DNA of 64,000 nucleotides from an uncultured delta proteobacterium (lineage in GTDB: Bacteria > Desulfobacterota > Binatia > UBA9968): the NCBI GenBank assembly GCA_963804165.1, contig CAWDPO010000011.1:64001-128000 (forward strand). The letters run 5' to 3'. Shown here one piece after another: positions 1-8,820 of the stretch; positions within the stretch are counted from its first letter, which is position 1; every line of letters begins with the position of its first letter. The notes under the pieces are model-generated. The model was not told where the DNA came from. It worked only from the letters and a program-made list of their open reading frames with translations, and did no database searches. The translations under genes were made by a program, and so were the position numbers.

Positions 1-234
1 CTTGGAGGAAAGCCGGCGGCGGCAATCGTCTACCGTTATCGGCAGCACATTATCAATGTTTTTGTCTCGCCATCGCTAACAAACGACAGCTCGATTCGAG
101 CTTTGACTCACCGCGGTTATAATACGGCCAAATTCGAGTCCAATGGCATGAGTTACTGGGCTGTATCCGACTTGAATCCGGACGACCTGGGCAAACTCGC
201 CAACCTGCTCCAACACCCACCGGTCACGAAGTAA
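1..234 (+). CDS. Anti-sigma factor (RsiW-like family), C-terminal part, truncated by window start
   Basis: Frame 1 translates LGGKPAAAIVYRYRQHIINVF...RGYN...NGMSYWAVSDLNPDDL...K-stop (TAA 232-234); AAIVYR and YWAVSDL are typical of this family. Confidence 0.75.
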   Translation, partial: LGGKPAAAIVYRYRQHIINVFVSPSLTNDSSIRALTHRGYNTAKFESNGMSYWAVSDLNPDDLGKLANLLQHPPVTK

Positions 235-249
235 AGCCGCGTCGGCAGT

Positions 250-582
250 TTATTGGAAATGCGCGTTCGACCCCGACGATTCCGTTTCCCAAACTCGCAA
301 GCATTTGCGTATGCTCTGAGCGTCCAAACCGAGCACCGCGCAGATCGACTCGAAGGAAAATAATCCGTCACGATCGTTGCCAAAAAACCATTCTCGATCG
401 TCAATCAATGATTTTTTTGGGTTGCGCAGGCGTTTCCGATAATTCAGCAAAGCATCCTTTAAAACCGCCAGCATGAGATCTTGTTCCGGGTGCCCGTGGT
501 CGTTGCGCTTGACGGTGTCCCAATAATTGGCGTTGGCGCAGTCGTCGATATCCGGACGATGAATCGTCGATTCGAAGTCCAT
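250..582 (-). CDS. Conserved hypothetical small protein (LMLAVLxDA...W...FSFESIC motif)
   Basis: 110-aa ORF with AAAGGAG Shine-Dalgarno upstream. Confidence 0.7.
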   Translation of the reverse strand: MDFESTIHRPDIDDCANANYWDTVKRNDHGHPEQDLMLAVLKDALLNYRKRLRNPKKSLIDDREWFFGNDRDGLFSFESICAVLGLDAQSIRKCLRVWETESSGSNAHFQ

Positions 583-717
583 GGGTTGCTCCTTTCAATC
601 GAGTTCGGATGCCGCGTTCAAAATCCCGGCGGCGCTGAATCTTAGACCGGCGCAATCTTGAACGTTCAGCAAGGGCGACACTATGTGCGGCGGAAGGTTA
701 AGCGGAGATTAAGCGAA

Positions 718-733
718 TGCAAAATTTTGGCCT
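718..733 (-). promoter_or_regulatory. Possible sigma54 -24/-12 promoter for the 582..250 gene
   Basis: Minus strand AGGCCAAAATTTTGCA has the GG-N10-GC spacing. Confidence 0.3.
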
Positions 734-914
734 TGGCAATTGACCTTGCGGTTCTGGGCGTCACCCGGCGTGAATCTTCCAACGAGCGGCCATCAGCGAA
801 CCTGTATGACTGAATCGCCTCCAAGCCGACCGGATTGCCGATCGGGAAAAATCCATTGGCTCCGATCCGGTTGTTGGCGCTGAAATCAATCCGGCGGTCC
901 ATGGTTCCGGAGCG

Positions 915-953
915 CTTCAAGAACATTTCACACGCTGTTAAATAAAATGAAAT
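915..953 (+). promoter_or_regulatory. Pho-box-like 11-bp direct repeat array upstream of the PAP2 gene
   Basis: CTTCAA(915), TTTCAC(926), GTTAAA(937), TGAAAT(948) at exact 11-bp period. Confidence 0.5.
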
Positions 954-992
954 TTTAGATCTTTAGTGTGTCCCTGAAAGAGGGAAAGTCAC

Positions 993-1529
993 GTGAGCAA
1001 AGATCAACTCATCCTGTCGGTCAGGTGGATGGCGGATCGCGAGATTGCCGTCTGTGGAATTCTCAATCGCATATCCCACCCGCCCAAGGTCAAGAAGTTT
1101 TTTGTCGTCATCAGTTGGCTTGGTGACGGCGGGGCTTGGTACGCGCTGATTCTGGCGCTGCCGTTAATTTACGGCCAGAGCGGCTTACCGACATCCTTCG
1201 CTATGGTCAAGGTCGGTGTGGTTAATCTGCTGCTTTACAAAGTCATCAAACATCTCACCGGTCGTCCGCGACCCTGCGCGATTAGCCCGAACATCACGGT
1301 TGGAACAGCGCCGCTCGATCAATACAGCTTTCCTTCGGGCCACACGATGCACGCGGTGGCTTTCTCTATCGTTGTAACAGCGGATCATGCGGAGCTGGCC
1401 TGGGTGCTCGTCCCATTCAGCAGTCTGATTGCGTTGTCGCGCATTGTGCTCGGTCTGCATTACCCGACCGACGTGATTGCCGGCGGCCTAATCGGCGGAT
1501 ACGTCGTATCAGTTTTGATGACGGCGTAG
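993..1529 (+). CDS. PAP2 family membrane phosphatase
   Basis: Motifs KxxxxRxRP, FPSGH and SRxxLGxHYPxD; hydrophobic segments. Confidence 0.93.
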   Translation: MSKDQLILSVRWMADREIAVCGILNRISHPPKVKKFFVVISWLGDGGAWYALILALPLIYGQSGLPTSFAMVKVGVVNLLLYKVIKHLTGRPRPCAISPNITVGTAPLDQYSFPSGHTMHAVAFSIVVTADHAELAWVLVPFSSLIALSRIVLGLHYPTDVIAGGLIGGYVVSVLMTA

Positions 1530-1808
1530 AGCCGGAAGGGGGAAATGTATGCTAGACGCAGCGGATCTACTCGATCAATCCGCGGGCAGAGCGCTACTTT
1601 CGTCTGATGATTTTCCACTTCATCCACCGCGCGACGGTGGCGCCGCGAAATTCGACGCCCCATGCGGTGCCTGACAGCAGTCCGCCGAAGCGGACTTGCC
1701 AACGTCGGCGCCGATGCCGATCGGCACTGAGATTAAGGTGTCGGGGAAATATCATAATGGTCCTGTCGAATGTGTCGGGCGCATGGGGATGCCGGCAAAA
1801 GTTAGAAA

Positions 1809-2345
1809 TTAGCGCTCCAAGTACGCGCCGAGGATGTAATAAACGGTCTCAAGAGCCGGAACCAGATACCAATCGTCATGCGGGAATCGCATGACCAAGA
1901 AAAAGCCCCAGATGGAAAGTAATGTGCCGATGTATTGCGGATGATCGAGCAGCGAGAAGGGAAACTTTTGGCACCAGCGAACGGCGTAGCCGAACTTGTC
2001 ACCGTAGAACACTCCGACTTTGCCGAGTCGATAGAACACTCCGATGTTTAGAATTTGGCCCGTGACGATCAAGACCCCTCCTAAAGCAAGGGACGACACG
2101 CTTCCAGCGAGCGGCAAAATTGATCCGTTGCCAAAGACAAAGCACCAGCCGATGAACACCGCGCCTTGAAGCACCTTGAAGCAAAAAAAGAGGAACCGTA
2201 ACGCATCGACCGGATCCTCGATGCGTGCGAGCGCGGGACGCGCGCAAAGGACGCGAAAATCCGCGGGCTTGCGCCAGATCCATAGGTAGCAGATCCGCTC
2301 AAGGCTCAATAATATCGCGGCGCCGAAAAAGACCCATGGATTCAC
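1809..2345 (-). CDS. PEMT/PEM2-type phospholipid N-methyltransferase family membrane protein
   Basis: GQILN...LGxxGVFYGDKFG...FPFSxxxHPQYIG motifs; multiple TM segments. Confidence 0.88.
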   Translation of the reverse strand: MNPWVFFGAAILLSLERICYLWIWRKPADFRVLCARPALARIEDPVDALRFLFFCFKVLQGAVFIGWCFVFGNGSILPLAGSVSSLALGGVLIVTGQILNIGVFYRLGKVGVFYGDKFGYAVRWCQKFPFSLLDHPQYIGTLLSIWGFFLVMRFPHDDWYLVPALETVYYILGAYLER

Positions 2346-2384
2346 TGGACAGAGCTGCTTCGATCCAAGGATGTCGAAACCGTG

Positions 2385-4649
2385 TTAGGCGCTCTGGCGC
2401 CGGGGGAAATAGGCGACGATATCGGTCAATGGATCGGTGATCAGCTTGATGAACCAAATCATCGAAATGCGAAAGTCGTGCTTCCACACCAGATAAACCA
2501 CGCGCCCGAGGACCACCGCCAGGGTCCACAGAAACCAATTCAGCGCCACTGCGGCGATCGTCGAGGTGAAGCCGTCCACCGTCCAATCGCCGGCTTGCGC
2601 CACATGGAACACTGGAATCAACAGATAGCCGAGGACGATCAGCGTCTTGTTGCGCGTGTTGTATCCTAAGAGTAATTTTTCCTTGTCATGACACGCGGGC
2701 TCCAAGATCGCATGACCGAACTGCCGCACAAAAAGGGCCGCCAACCCCAAACACATCGCGATGGTGAGATCGGAAAACGCCAGAACATAGCAGTAGATGA
2801 AGACACTCGAGCTCAACAGATGGAAGAATTGGTTTACGCCGTTGCTATGGGACGCGTGATGATCATCATGTTTTCGTTGCATCACTTCGGCATAAAACGT
2901 CCGTAGGGGTTCTGGAGTTCGTACCAGACTGCCTAACATTTCTCGCATAAGACGAGCGCGCATAATTTTCTCCCTTCCCGGATATTGATCCGCGGTCAAC
3001 CACCACGCGTCGATCTTCATCGAGTGCGCGGCGTTGAGCAGCTTTGCCTGCAAGTCATTGTAGTCTGCCACAGTAAAATCCATGCTGCTTAAGCATCGGC
3101 CGGTGCCCACCCAACTAAGCGTCACGCCTTCGGCGCGGAGATAATACTGCAGCAGCCAGTTATAGCGACTCGGTTCCTTGAAGAGCACGGTCCATACCGT
3201 CGCGAGATTCACGACGCGCAAGGGTAACGCCGCGTCGGCGAGTTTCTGATTGGTCGAGTGCACCCATTCCGCGCAACGCTGATTGGACTCGTCATACAGT
3301 TTCACCGTGGCAGGCTCTACCACCCAGCGCAAAAATTCGTTCATCGCTCCCATCACCGCCGGATGCCCGGAAAACGTGCCGACAACGTAAGCGATGCGCA
3401 TGGGATGCGCGGGATCGAAACGGCGCATGAGAGTTTTATTGCCGCACACCACGCCGATGGGCAGGCCGCCGGCCACCGTTTTGCCGTACACGACCATATC
3501 CGCGCGCACGCCGAAGTATTCCTGTGCGCCACCCGGTGAGAGGCGAAAGCCGGTATAAACTTCGTCGAAGATCAGTGGAATATCGCAGGCGCTGCACACC
3601 TCGCGTAGTTGGCGCAGCCACTGAGCGTAGCGCTCGGTGGAATCCTGGGTTTTACGCACGTCGCTGGTGAGTAACACCGCATCATTGGGCGGTGGGGAAT
3701 TAGGATGGAACGACTGCACCGGGTTGACCAGCACCCCGGCGATTTCTTTTGCCCGCCGGCGAATGACGGCGAGCGAGGCCGGATTGACGTCCTTGAGCGT
3801 GAGGCAATCATCGAGGGGGCGTTCACTCCCCAGTCCTGGCTGCACGCCGTCCCACCAGCCATGATAAGCCCCGGAAAAACAGACGACCAGTTTTCTCCGC
3901 GTATTGAACCGCGCCATGCGCACCGCGGCCATTACGGCTTCAGTGCCGCTCATATGAAACGACACTTCGTCCAGGTGCGAAACATTCTTGAGCATAGCGA
4001 TGTTGTCGGCGACGACCGGATGCACCGGGCCCAGGACCGGACCGAGATCTTTCACGCGTTCCCAGCCCTTCTGTATCCATTCTTTATAGCGGTCGAACCC
4101 GGCCACGTTGACGCCATAGGAGCCACTGACATCGATGGTCCAATGGCCATCGAGAGTTTGCAGGCGCGGGCCTTTTGAAGCCGTCACCACCGAGCAAAGA
4201 TTGAATTTTTCCCGCATGACGCGCACAAACGGGAACGGTACGCGATTGGCGTCGGTGAAGCGCAGATCCGAGAAGCTCTCGCGGACCGCATTCGCCCAGG
4301 CGATGGACTGGTGATGCTGCGTTTGCAGAAACGTCGCCAGGCGATCAAGAGCTTTCTTGCGACGGTCAACCCAACTGTCTCCCGCTCCGTCAGCGCGCAA
4401 GAATTCTTCCTCCGTGTAATCGCGCGATTTCACCCAGTGCGACAGTTGCCGCGAAAGCGCCGGCATCCATGCCAGCGCCGGCAAAGTCATGAGAAATCGA
4501 ATCAGCCTTTGCCCGGCGTAAGTTAGGAAAAACAGACAAAGAATAATTCCGAAGAAAAGCCAGCCGTCGAACAAAGCGAGCCGGCACGCCGCTGTCGAGC
4601 TCGCGTCAAGGCACACCGTCCATCTTTGCAAAGCTTCGTCGAAAATCAT
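2385..4649 (-). CDS. Class III PLP aminotransferase (GSA-aminomutase-like) with N-terminal TM anchor and C-terminal Mpo1/DUF962-like membrane domain
   Basis: SGTEA, FDEVYTGFR and YGKTVAGGLP motifs; C-terminal HHASH..NQFFH...RQFGHAILEP with TM helices; GGGAGGA SD. Confidence 0.88.
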   Translation of the reverse strand: MIFDEALQRWTVCLDASSTAACRLALFDGWLFFGIILCLFFLTYAGQRLIRFLMTLPALAWMPALSRQLSHWVKSRDYTEEEFLRADGAGDSWVDRRKKALDRLATFLQTQHHQSIAWANAVRESFSDLRFTDANRVPFPFVRVMREKFNLCSVVTASKGPRLQTLDGHWTIDVSGSYGVNVAGFDRYKEWIQKGWERVKDLGPVLGPVHPVVADNIAMLKNVSHLDEVSFHMSGTEAVMAAVRMARFNTRRKLVVCFSGAYHGWWDGVQPGLGSERPLDDCLTLKDVNPASLAVIRRRAKEIAGVLVNPVQSFHPNSPPPNDAVLLTSDVRKTQDSTERYAQWLRQLREVCSACDIPLIFDEVYTGFRLSPGGAQEYFGVRADMVVYGKTVAGGLPIGVVCGNKTLMRRFDPAHPMRIAYVVGTFSGHPAVMGAMNEFLRWVVEPATVKLYDESNQRCAEWVHSTNQKLADAALPLRVVNLATVWTVLFKEPSRYNWLLQYYLRAEGVTLSWVGTGRCLSSMDFTVADYNDLQAKLLNAAHSMKIDAWWLTADQYPGREKIMRARLMREMLGSLVRTPEPLRTFYAEVMQRKHDDHHASHSNGVNQFFHLLSSSVFIYCYVLAFSDLTIAMCLGLAALFVRQFGHAILEPACHDKEKLLLGYNTRNKTLIVLGYLLIPVFHVAQAGDWTVDGFTSTIAAVALNWFLWTLAVVLGRVVYLVWKHDFRISMIWFIKLITDPLTDIVAYFPRRQSA

Positions 4650-4686
4650 CTCTCAATTCCTCCCGCGAATGTAGATCTTGACCATT

Positions 4687-5925
4687 TCAGTAGCTAACCG
4701 GCGTCGCATCGAAGGCGTCATCGGCGACAGCAGCGTGAACTTCATGATCCTCGTCGAGAGCGCCGATCAACAACTCGGCAAATCTTTCGACTACACGCTG
4801 CCAATCCAAAGAGGCGGCGTACTCGCGTGCCCGGCGCCGCATTTCCGCCAGCGATGGCGGTTCGTTGGCGAGCTTGGCCGCCGCTTCCACGAACGCTCGT
4901 GGATTTCCATTTGGTACTAACACTCCCGTCCTGCCGTCCGCGATGTGTGTCCGCGCCGCGGCGTAGTTGAAGGCAACGACGATCAGACCGCTCGCCATGG
5001 CTTCCAACGTCACGTTGCCGAACGTTTCCGTTTCGCTGGGGAAGAGAAAAATATCCGCCGAGGCGTAGCGCTTGGCCAGCTCTTCGCCTGTGTGTACGCC
5101 GCAGTAGATCAGGTCGGGATGTTTTTCCTGGAGGTTTGCGCGCAGCGGCCCGTCTCCAACGAGCACAAATTTTACCCGGCTGCTGACCTGTTGCATGGCG
5201 CGGTAAGCCTCGATGGCGAGCGTCAAGTTTTTTTCCGCCGCGATCCGTCCGACGTAGAGCGCGACCCGATCCTGGTCCGTTGCCCGCCACATGCGCCGCA
5301 CGGCGGCGGAGCGGCGGCCCGGATTGAACAGGCGGCTGTCCACCCCGCGACCGAGAACGCTGACGTTTTTTATTCCCAGCGCTTGCAACCGATCACGCAG
5401 GTCAGGGCTGGCGACCAACGTGCCGTGCGCACGGTTGTGGAATTTGTGTAGGTAGCAGGCGATCAAGGGCCGCGACCATCCCGCATGATAATACCTGGAG
5501 TAGCTATCGAAGTTTGTGTGAAAGCCACTGAAGACGGGAATCTTCAGGCGCCGCGCGGCGCGCAGCGCAGACCAGCCGAGCGGCCCTTCAGTGGCTACGT
5601 ACACGACGTCCGGACGACAAATCGACCAGCGCCGCCGCAGCGCTGCGCCGGATGGTAAACCCAAGTGCAATCCCTGATAGCCAACCAGCGGTAAGCCGGG
5701 AACCAGCGTGTCCATCGAACGATCCTTGCGCTCCGCCGAGTCGCTATTCGATTGGCGCGGGCGGACCACAGATACCGCGTGACCGTGCAGGCGCAAACCC
5801 TCGACCAAGCGTGCCAAGGTCAAAGCCACGCCGTTGAGCTCAGGAGGATAAGTCTCGGTGACAATACAGAAATGGCGCCGACGGTTGGCGTCGTGATCGG
5901 ACCAAGTTTGATGTGTTGTGCGCAT
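4687..5925 (-). CDS. GT4 (glycosyltransferase group 1), Agt/MgtA-like glycolipid synthase
   Basis: VTETYPPELNGV, YVGRIAAEKN and FPSETETFGNVTLEAMASG motifs; start uncertain (ATG 5925 preferred, ORF open to TTG 6009). Confidence 0.9.
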   Translation of the reverse strand: MRTTHQTWSDHDANRRRHFCIVTETYPPELNGVALTLARLVEGLRLHGHAVSVVRPRQSNSDSAERKDRSMDTLVPGLPLVGYQGLHLGLPSGAALRRRWSICRPDVVYVATEGPLGWSALRAARRLKIPVFSGFHTNFDSYSRYYHAGWSRPLIACYLHKFHNRAHGTLVASPDLRDRLQALGIKNVSVLGRGVDSRLFNPGRRSAAVRRMWRATDQDRVALYVGRIAAEKNLTLAIEAYRAMQQVSSRVKFVLVGDGPLRANLQEKHPDLIYCGVHTGEELAKRYASADIFLFPSETETFGNVTLEAMASGLIVVAFNYAAARTHIADGRTGVLVPNGNPRAFVEAAAKLANEPPSLAEMRRRAREYAASLDWQRVVERFAELLIGALDEDHEVHAAVADDAFDATPVSY

Positions 5926-6023
5926 CACCACGTGGTCTGTATGGGCGTGATCGGTTAACTTGTTAAAGAAGTAACGGGCCGGGCATAAAACCAATTTTCT
6001 TAGAGACAACTTAGTCGGGAAAT

Positions 6024-6062
6024 GTGTCGGTTGAGTTACCGATGAACTAAGACTATGTAAAC
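6024..6062 (-). promoter_or_regulatory. Pho-box-like 11-bp repeat array upstream of the GT4 operon
   Basis: Minus strand GTTTAC, CTTAGT, GGTAAC, CGACAC at 11-bp period. Confidence 0.45.
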
Positions 6063-6095
6063 GCCGCGCGATTTCCGGGAATCAGATCGTCGGGT

Positions 6096-6134
6096 CTTTA
6101 ACAGAAGTTTATCCAAACGTCGCGGTTATGTAAC
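6096..6134 (+). promoter_or_regulatory. Pho-box-like 11-bp repeat array upstream of GDPD
   Basis: CTTTAA(6096), GTTTAT(6107), CGTCGC(6118), TGTAAC(6129). Confidence 0.45.
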
Positions 6135-6176
6135 GTGTGTTGGAGATGAAGATCCATCAAATTTCAGAACGAAAGG

Positions 6177-7506
6177 ATGGTCTCCATGAATCTTCATCAG
6201 CAACTCAAGCTAGCGCACGGGGTTTTGCGACGGAATATCGGGTGCGATGTCGCCGCGCCAACCACAACACGAACGAAGCCTTTTCTCGGCGGCATCGTTG
6301 AACTGCTCATGCTACTCGCGGGTGCAGCGCCGGCTGGCGCTGATCCTCACGGCGATTCCCTGCCCAAGCCCCTGGTCATTGGCCCATCGCGGCGCTGCGG
6401 GTTATCTGCCCGATCACACACTGGAAGGATATGCGCTCGCCGTAGAGCTCGGCGCCGATTTTATCGAGCCCGATCTCGTGGCGACCAAAGACGGCCACTT
6501 GATCGCGCGCCACGAGCCAAATTTGATCGCCACGACGGACGTAAGCAAGCGCGCGGAGTTTGCTGATCGCAAACGCATCGCGATCGTCGATGGGTTTCCC
6601 GAGGAAGGATTCTTTGCGTCTGATTTCACACTGGCTGAAATCAAGAAACTGCGCGCCGTGCAGCCGCTCGGATCCGAACGCCCGGTATATTTCGACGGTT
6701 TGTTCCAGATTCCGACATTCGAAGAAGTGATCGCTCTCGCGAAACGGAAGTCGAAAGAGCAGGGACGGACCATAGGCATTTACCCCGAAACCAAGCACCC
6801 CACCTATCATAAGAATCTCGGCCTGCCGTTAGAGCCCAGATTAGTAAAAATCTTGCGGGCCGAAGGCTGGGATAAATACGATTCGCCCGTGTTCATCCAG
6901 TCCTTCGAGCAAGGCAACTTGAAGGAACTGCGTAAGATGACGCGCAACAAGCTCGTCCAGCTGGTGGACGCCAACGACGTCAAGGACGACGGCACACTGG
7001 ATTACACGGCGCCGTTTGACCGTCCCTACGACTGGACCGCTTCAAACGATCCGGCGCTCCTCAGCCGGACATTCGGATTCTTCGCGACCGATGCAGGCTT
7101 GAAGGAGATCAAGAGTTACGCGGACGGCATCGGTCCGTGGAAACGCTACATCGTGAGCTGCGTCGTAGCGAACCTAGCCGGTCCCGGCGAGGCAAGCCGC
7201 ACGTTGTTGCCGGCTAACGATCTGATCGATCGCGCGCACAAGGCCGGCCTCCTAGTCCACACCTGGACCTTTCGCAATGAACAGCGCCGTTTGGTAAGCG
7301 ATTATGCCGGCAATCCGGTGGAAGAATACTTGCAGTTTTATGATCTCGGCATCGACGGCGTGTTCTCCGATTTCCCCGATACCGCAGTCGCTGCCCGGGT
7401 TTTATTCAAGATCGACGAGCCCGGTTTTGCCCGTTGCTTTACTGAAGGATCTGGCAAACAAAACTCTAAGCACTTTGACATCACGCAATGTTTCAATCTC
7501 GAATAG
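6177..7506 (+). CDS. glpQ: Secreted glycerophosphodiester phosphodiesterase; one frameshift at ~6381
   Basis: [32 protein letters not shown] and DGVFSDFP motifs; signal-peptide-like N-terminus and PLVI lie in the other frame before ATTGGCCCATCGC. Confidence 0.88.
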
Positions 7507-7753
7507 TTCGCGATTGAAAGATTCATGCACGTTTGATCTTGATGAGGAGAACGTTGCGAGACGTGGCGGAGGTGCATTTGTCCGTTACGGTCTGAAGGAA
7601 TTTGCCTTTGTCATTGTCCGGCTTTTTCCCTAAGTTAGAGTGGCAGTTATTCGCATGGTTGTTGATATGTCGCGTTTGTAAGGAGGATATTGGTCCGTCA
7701 GCGGCTGGCATAGTCTTTGATTCTGCATCTTTCTAAAGAAAGGAGTAGAAATC

Positions 7754-8437
7754 ATGAACCCATTAAATCGATGCCGGCTCTCGTATGTTTTCCCGGTTGC
7801 CGTACTCGCGACCGGACTGACTTGGTTGGCTGGCTGCGTTCCATTGGAGACGGTCCAAAGACCGAGCTTGCCCGAGGTCCGTTCCGGTATTGCGCGAGGT
7901 CCATCCGCGGAGGACACAAGACTACGACCGGGTGAAATCCAGGGAGAAGTCGATGCCGTCGACCGAGCCAGACGTGAGATTCGAGTGATCGCGGAAGACG
8001 GTCGCAGCAACGTGTTGCGTTATGACGTCGACCGTACCAGAGTCACTTACCACGGCTGGGATTATGCTGTGGCCGACCTTGAGGCGGGCGATCGCATTGC
8101 GTACCAATCGGTACCGCGCAGTAGCGCATACGTCGAAACCATACGCGTCCTGGAACCGGTGCAAGCCCGGTCGGCTCCGAGCATTGCACGGCCCGGTCCA
8201 GCGCGACCTCGACCGGACATCGTCGAAGGCACAGTGGACCGAGTGGATCATAGTCTCGGCGTATTCGACATCAGACCGCGCACGGGCCGAACCGTTACAG
8301 TCTCCGTTCCCTACAATGCCAGGGCAGCCGACGTTGACAACTTCCGCGCTTTGCGTCGCGGCGATCCGGTGCGAGTCGAGGGTGAGTTCGTGAGCCCGGA
8401 CAGCTTTCAACTTCTAGCCTTTCTATCGTCGCGATAA
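7754..8437 (+). CDS. Lipoprotein with two OB-fold-like (DUF5666-like) repeats
   Basis: Lipobox LAGC; repeats IQGEVDAVD..LEAGDRI and VEGTVDRVD..LRRGDPV; AAGGAG SD. Confidence 0.75.
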   Translation: MNPLNRCRLSYVFPVAVLATGLTWLAGCVPLETVQRPSLPEVRSGIARGPSAEDTRLRPGEIQGEVDAVDRARREIRVIAEDGRSNVLRYDVDRTRVTYHGWDYAVADLEAGDRIAYQSVPRSSAYVETIRVLEPVQARSAPSIARPGPARPRPDIVEGTVDRVDHSLGVFDIRPRTGRTVTVSVPYNARAADVDNFRALRRGDPVRVEGEFVSPDSFQLLAFLSSR

Positions 8438-8586
8438 TTGCCGAGTAATTTCGAGCGCGGGCTGGCCGCGACCTATCGCTGAGACCACGGGCAGCTCGCG
8501 CAAACCGATCACGCCTCGACCGTCGCCTTCATTCGCGTGAAAATCCTTTCAGCGCTAGAGCGCGCAGAGTGACACTTGCTCGGAGC

Positions 8587-8617
8587 TGTCATCCTGGCCA
8601 AGTGAAGGAGGATCTCG
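8587..8617 (+). repeat. Degenerate half of a TGTCATYCTGAG-type REP
   Basis: TGTCATCCTGGCC..GAAGGAGGATCTC resembles 47045-47071 and 47997-48065. Confidence 0.35.
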
Positions 8618-8820
8618 CTTACTTCCTGCCTAACGATTCCACTCGTTTGACACGACGCTTGCTCTTCGGCTAGCGTCCGTCGACACATCATCGAGGGCAA
8701 GCTTGATCAACATTAGCCGATCATTCGCGACTCTGAAGTTCATGACGGCCAGCATCGCGGGTACCCAGTGCAACGAATTGAGCGACGTGAATCGAACTCA
8801 ACGTCTCCCTATGGCGATTC

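Noticed and set aside
1530-1808. ORFs between the PAP2 and PEMT genes, and at 8440-8820
   Set aside because: No SD, no motifs and atypical composition; possibly decayed remnants but not supportable.
2385-4649. Calling the aminotransferase hemL
   Set aside because: It is much longer than HemL, has membrane domains, and sits in a lipid-gene context with no tetrapyrrole genes.
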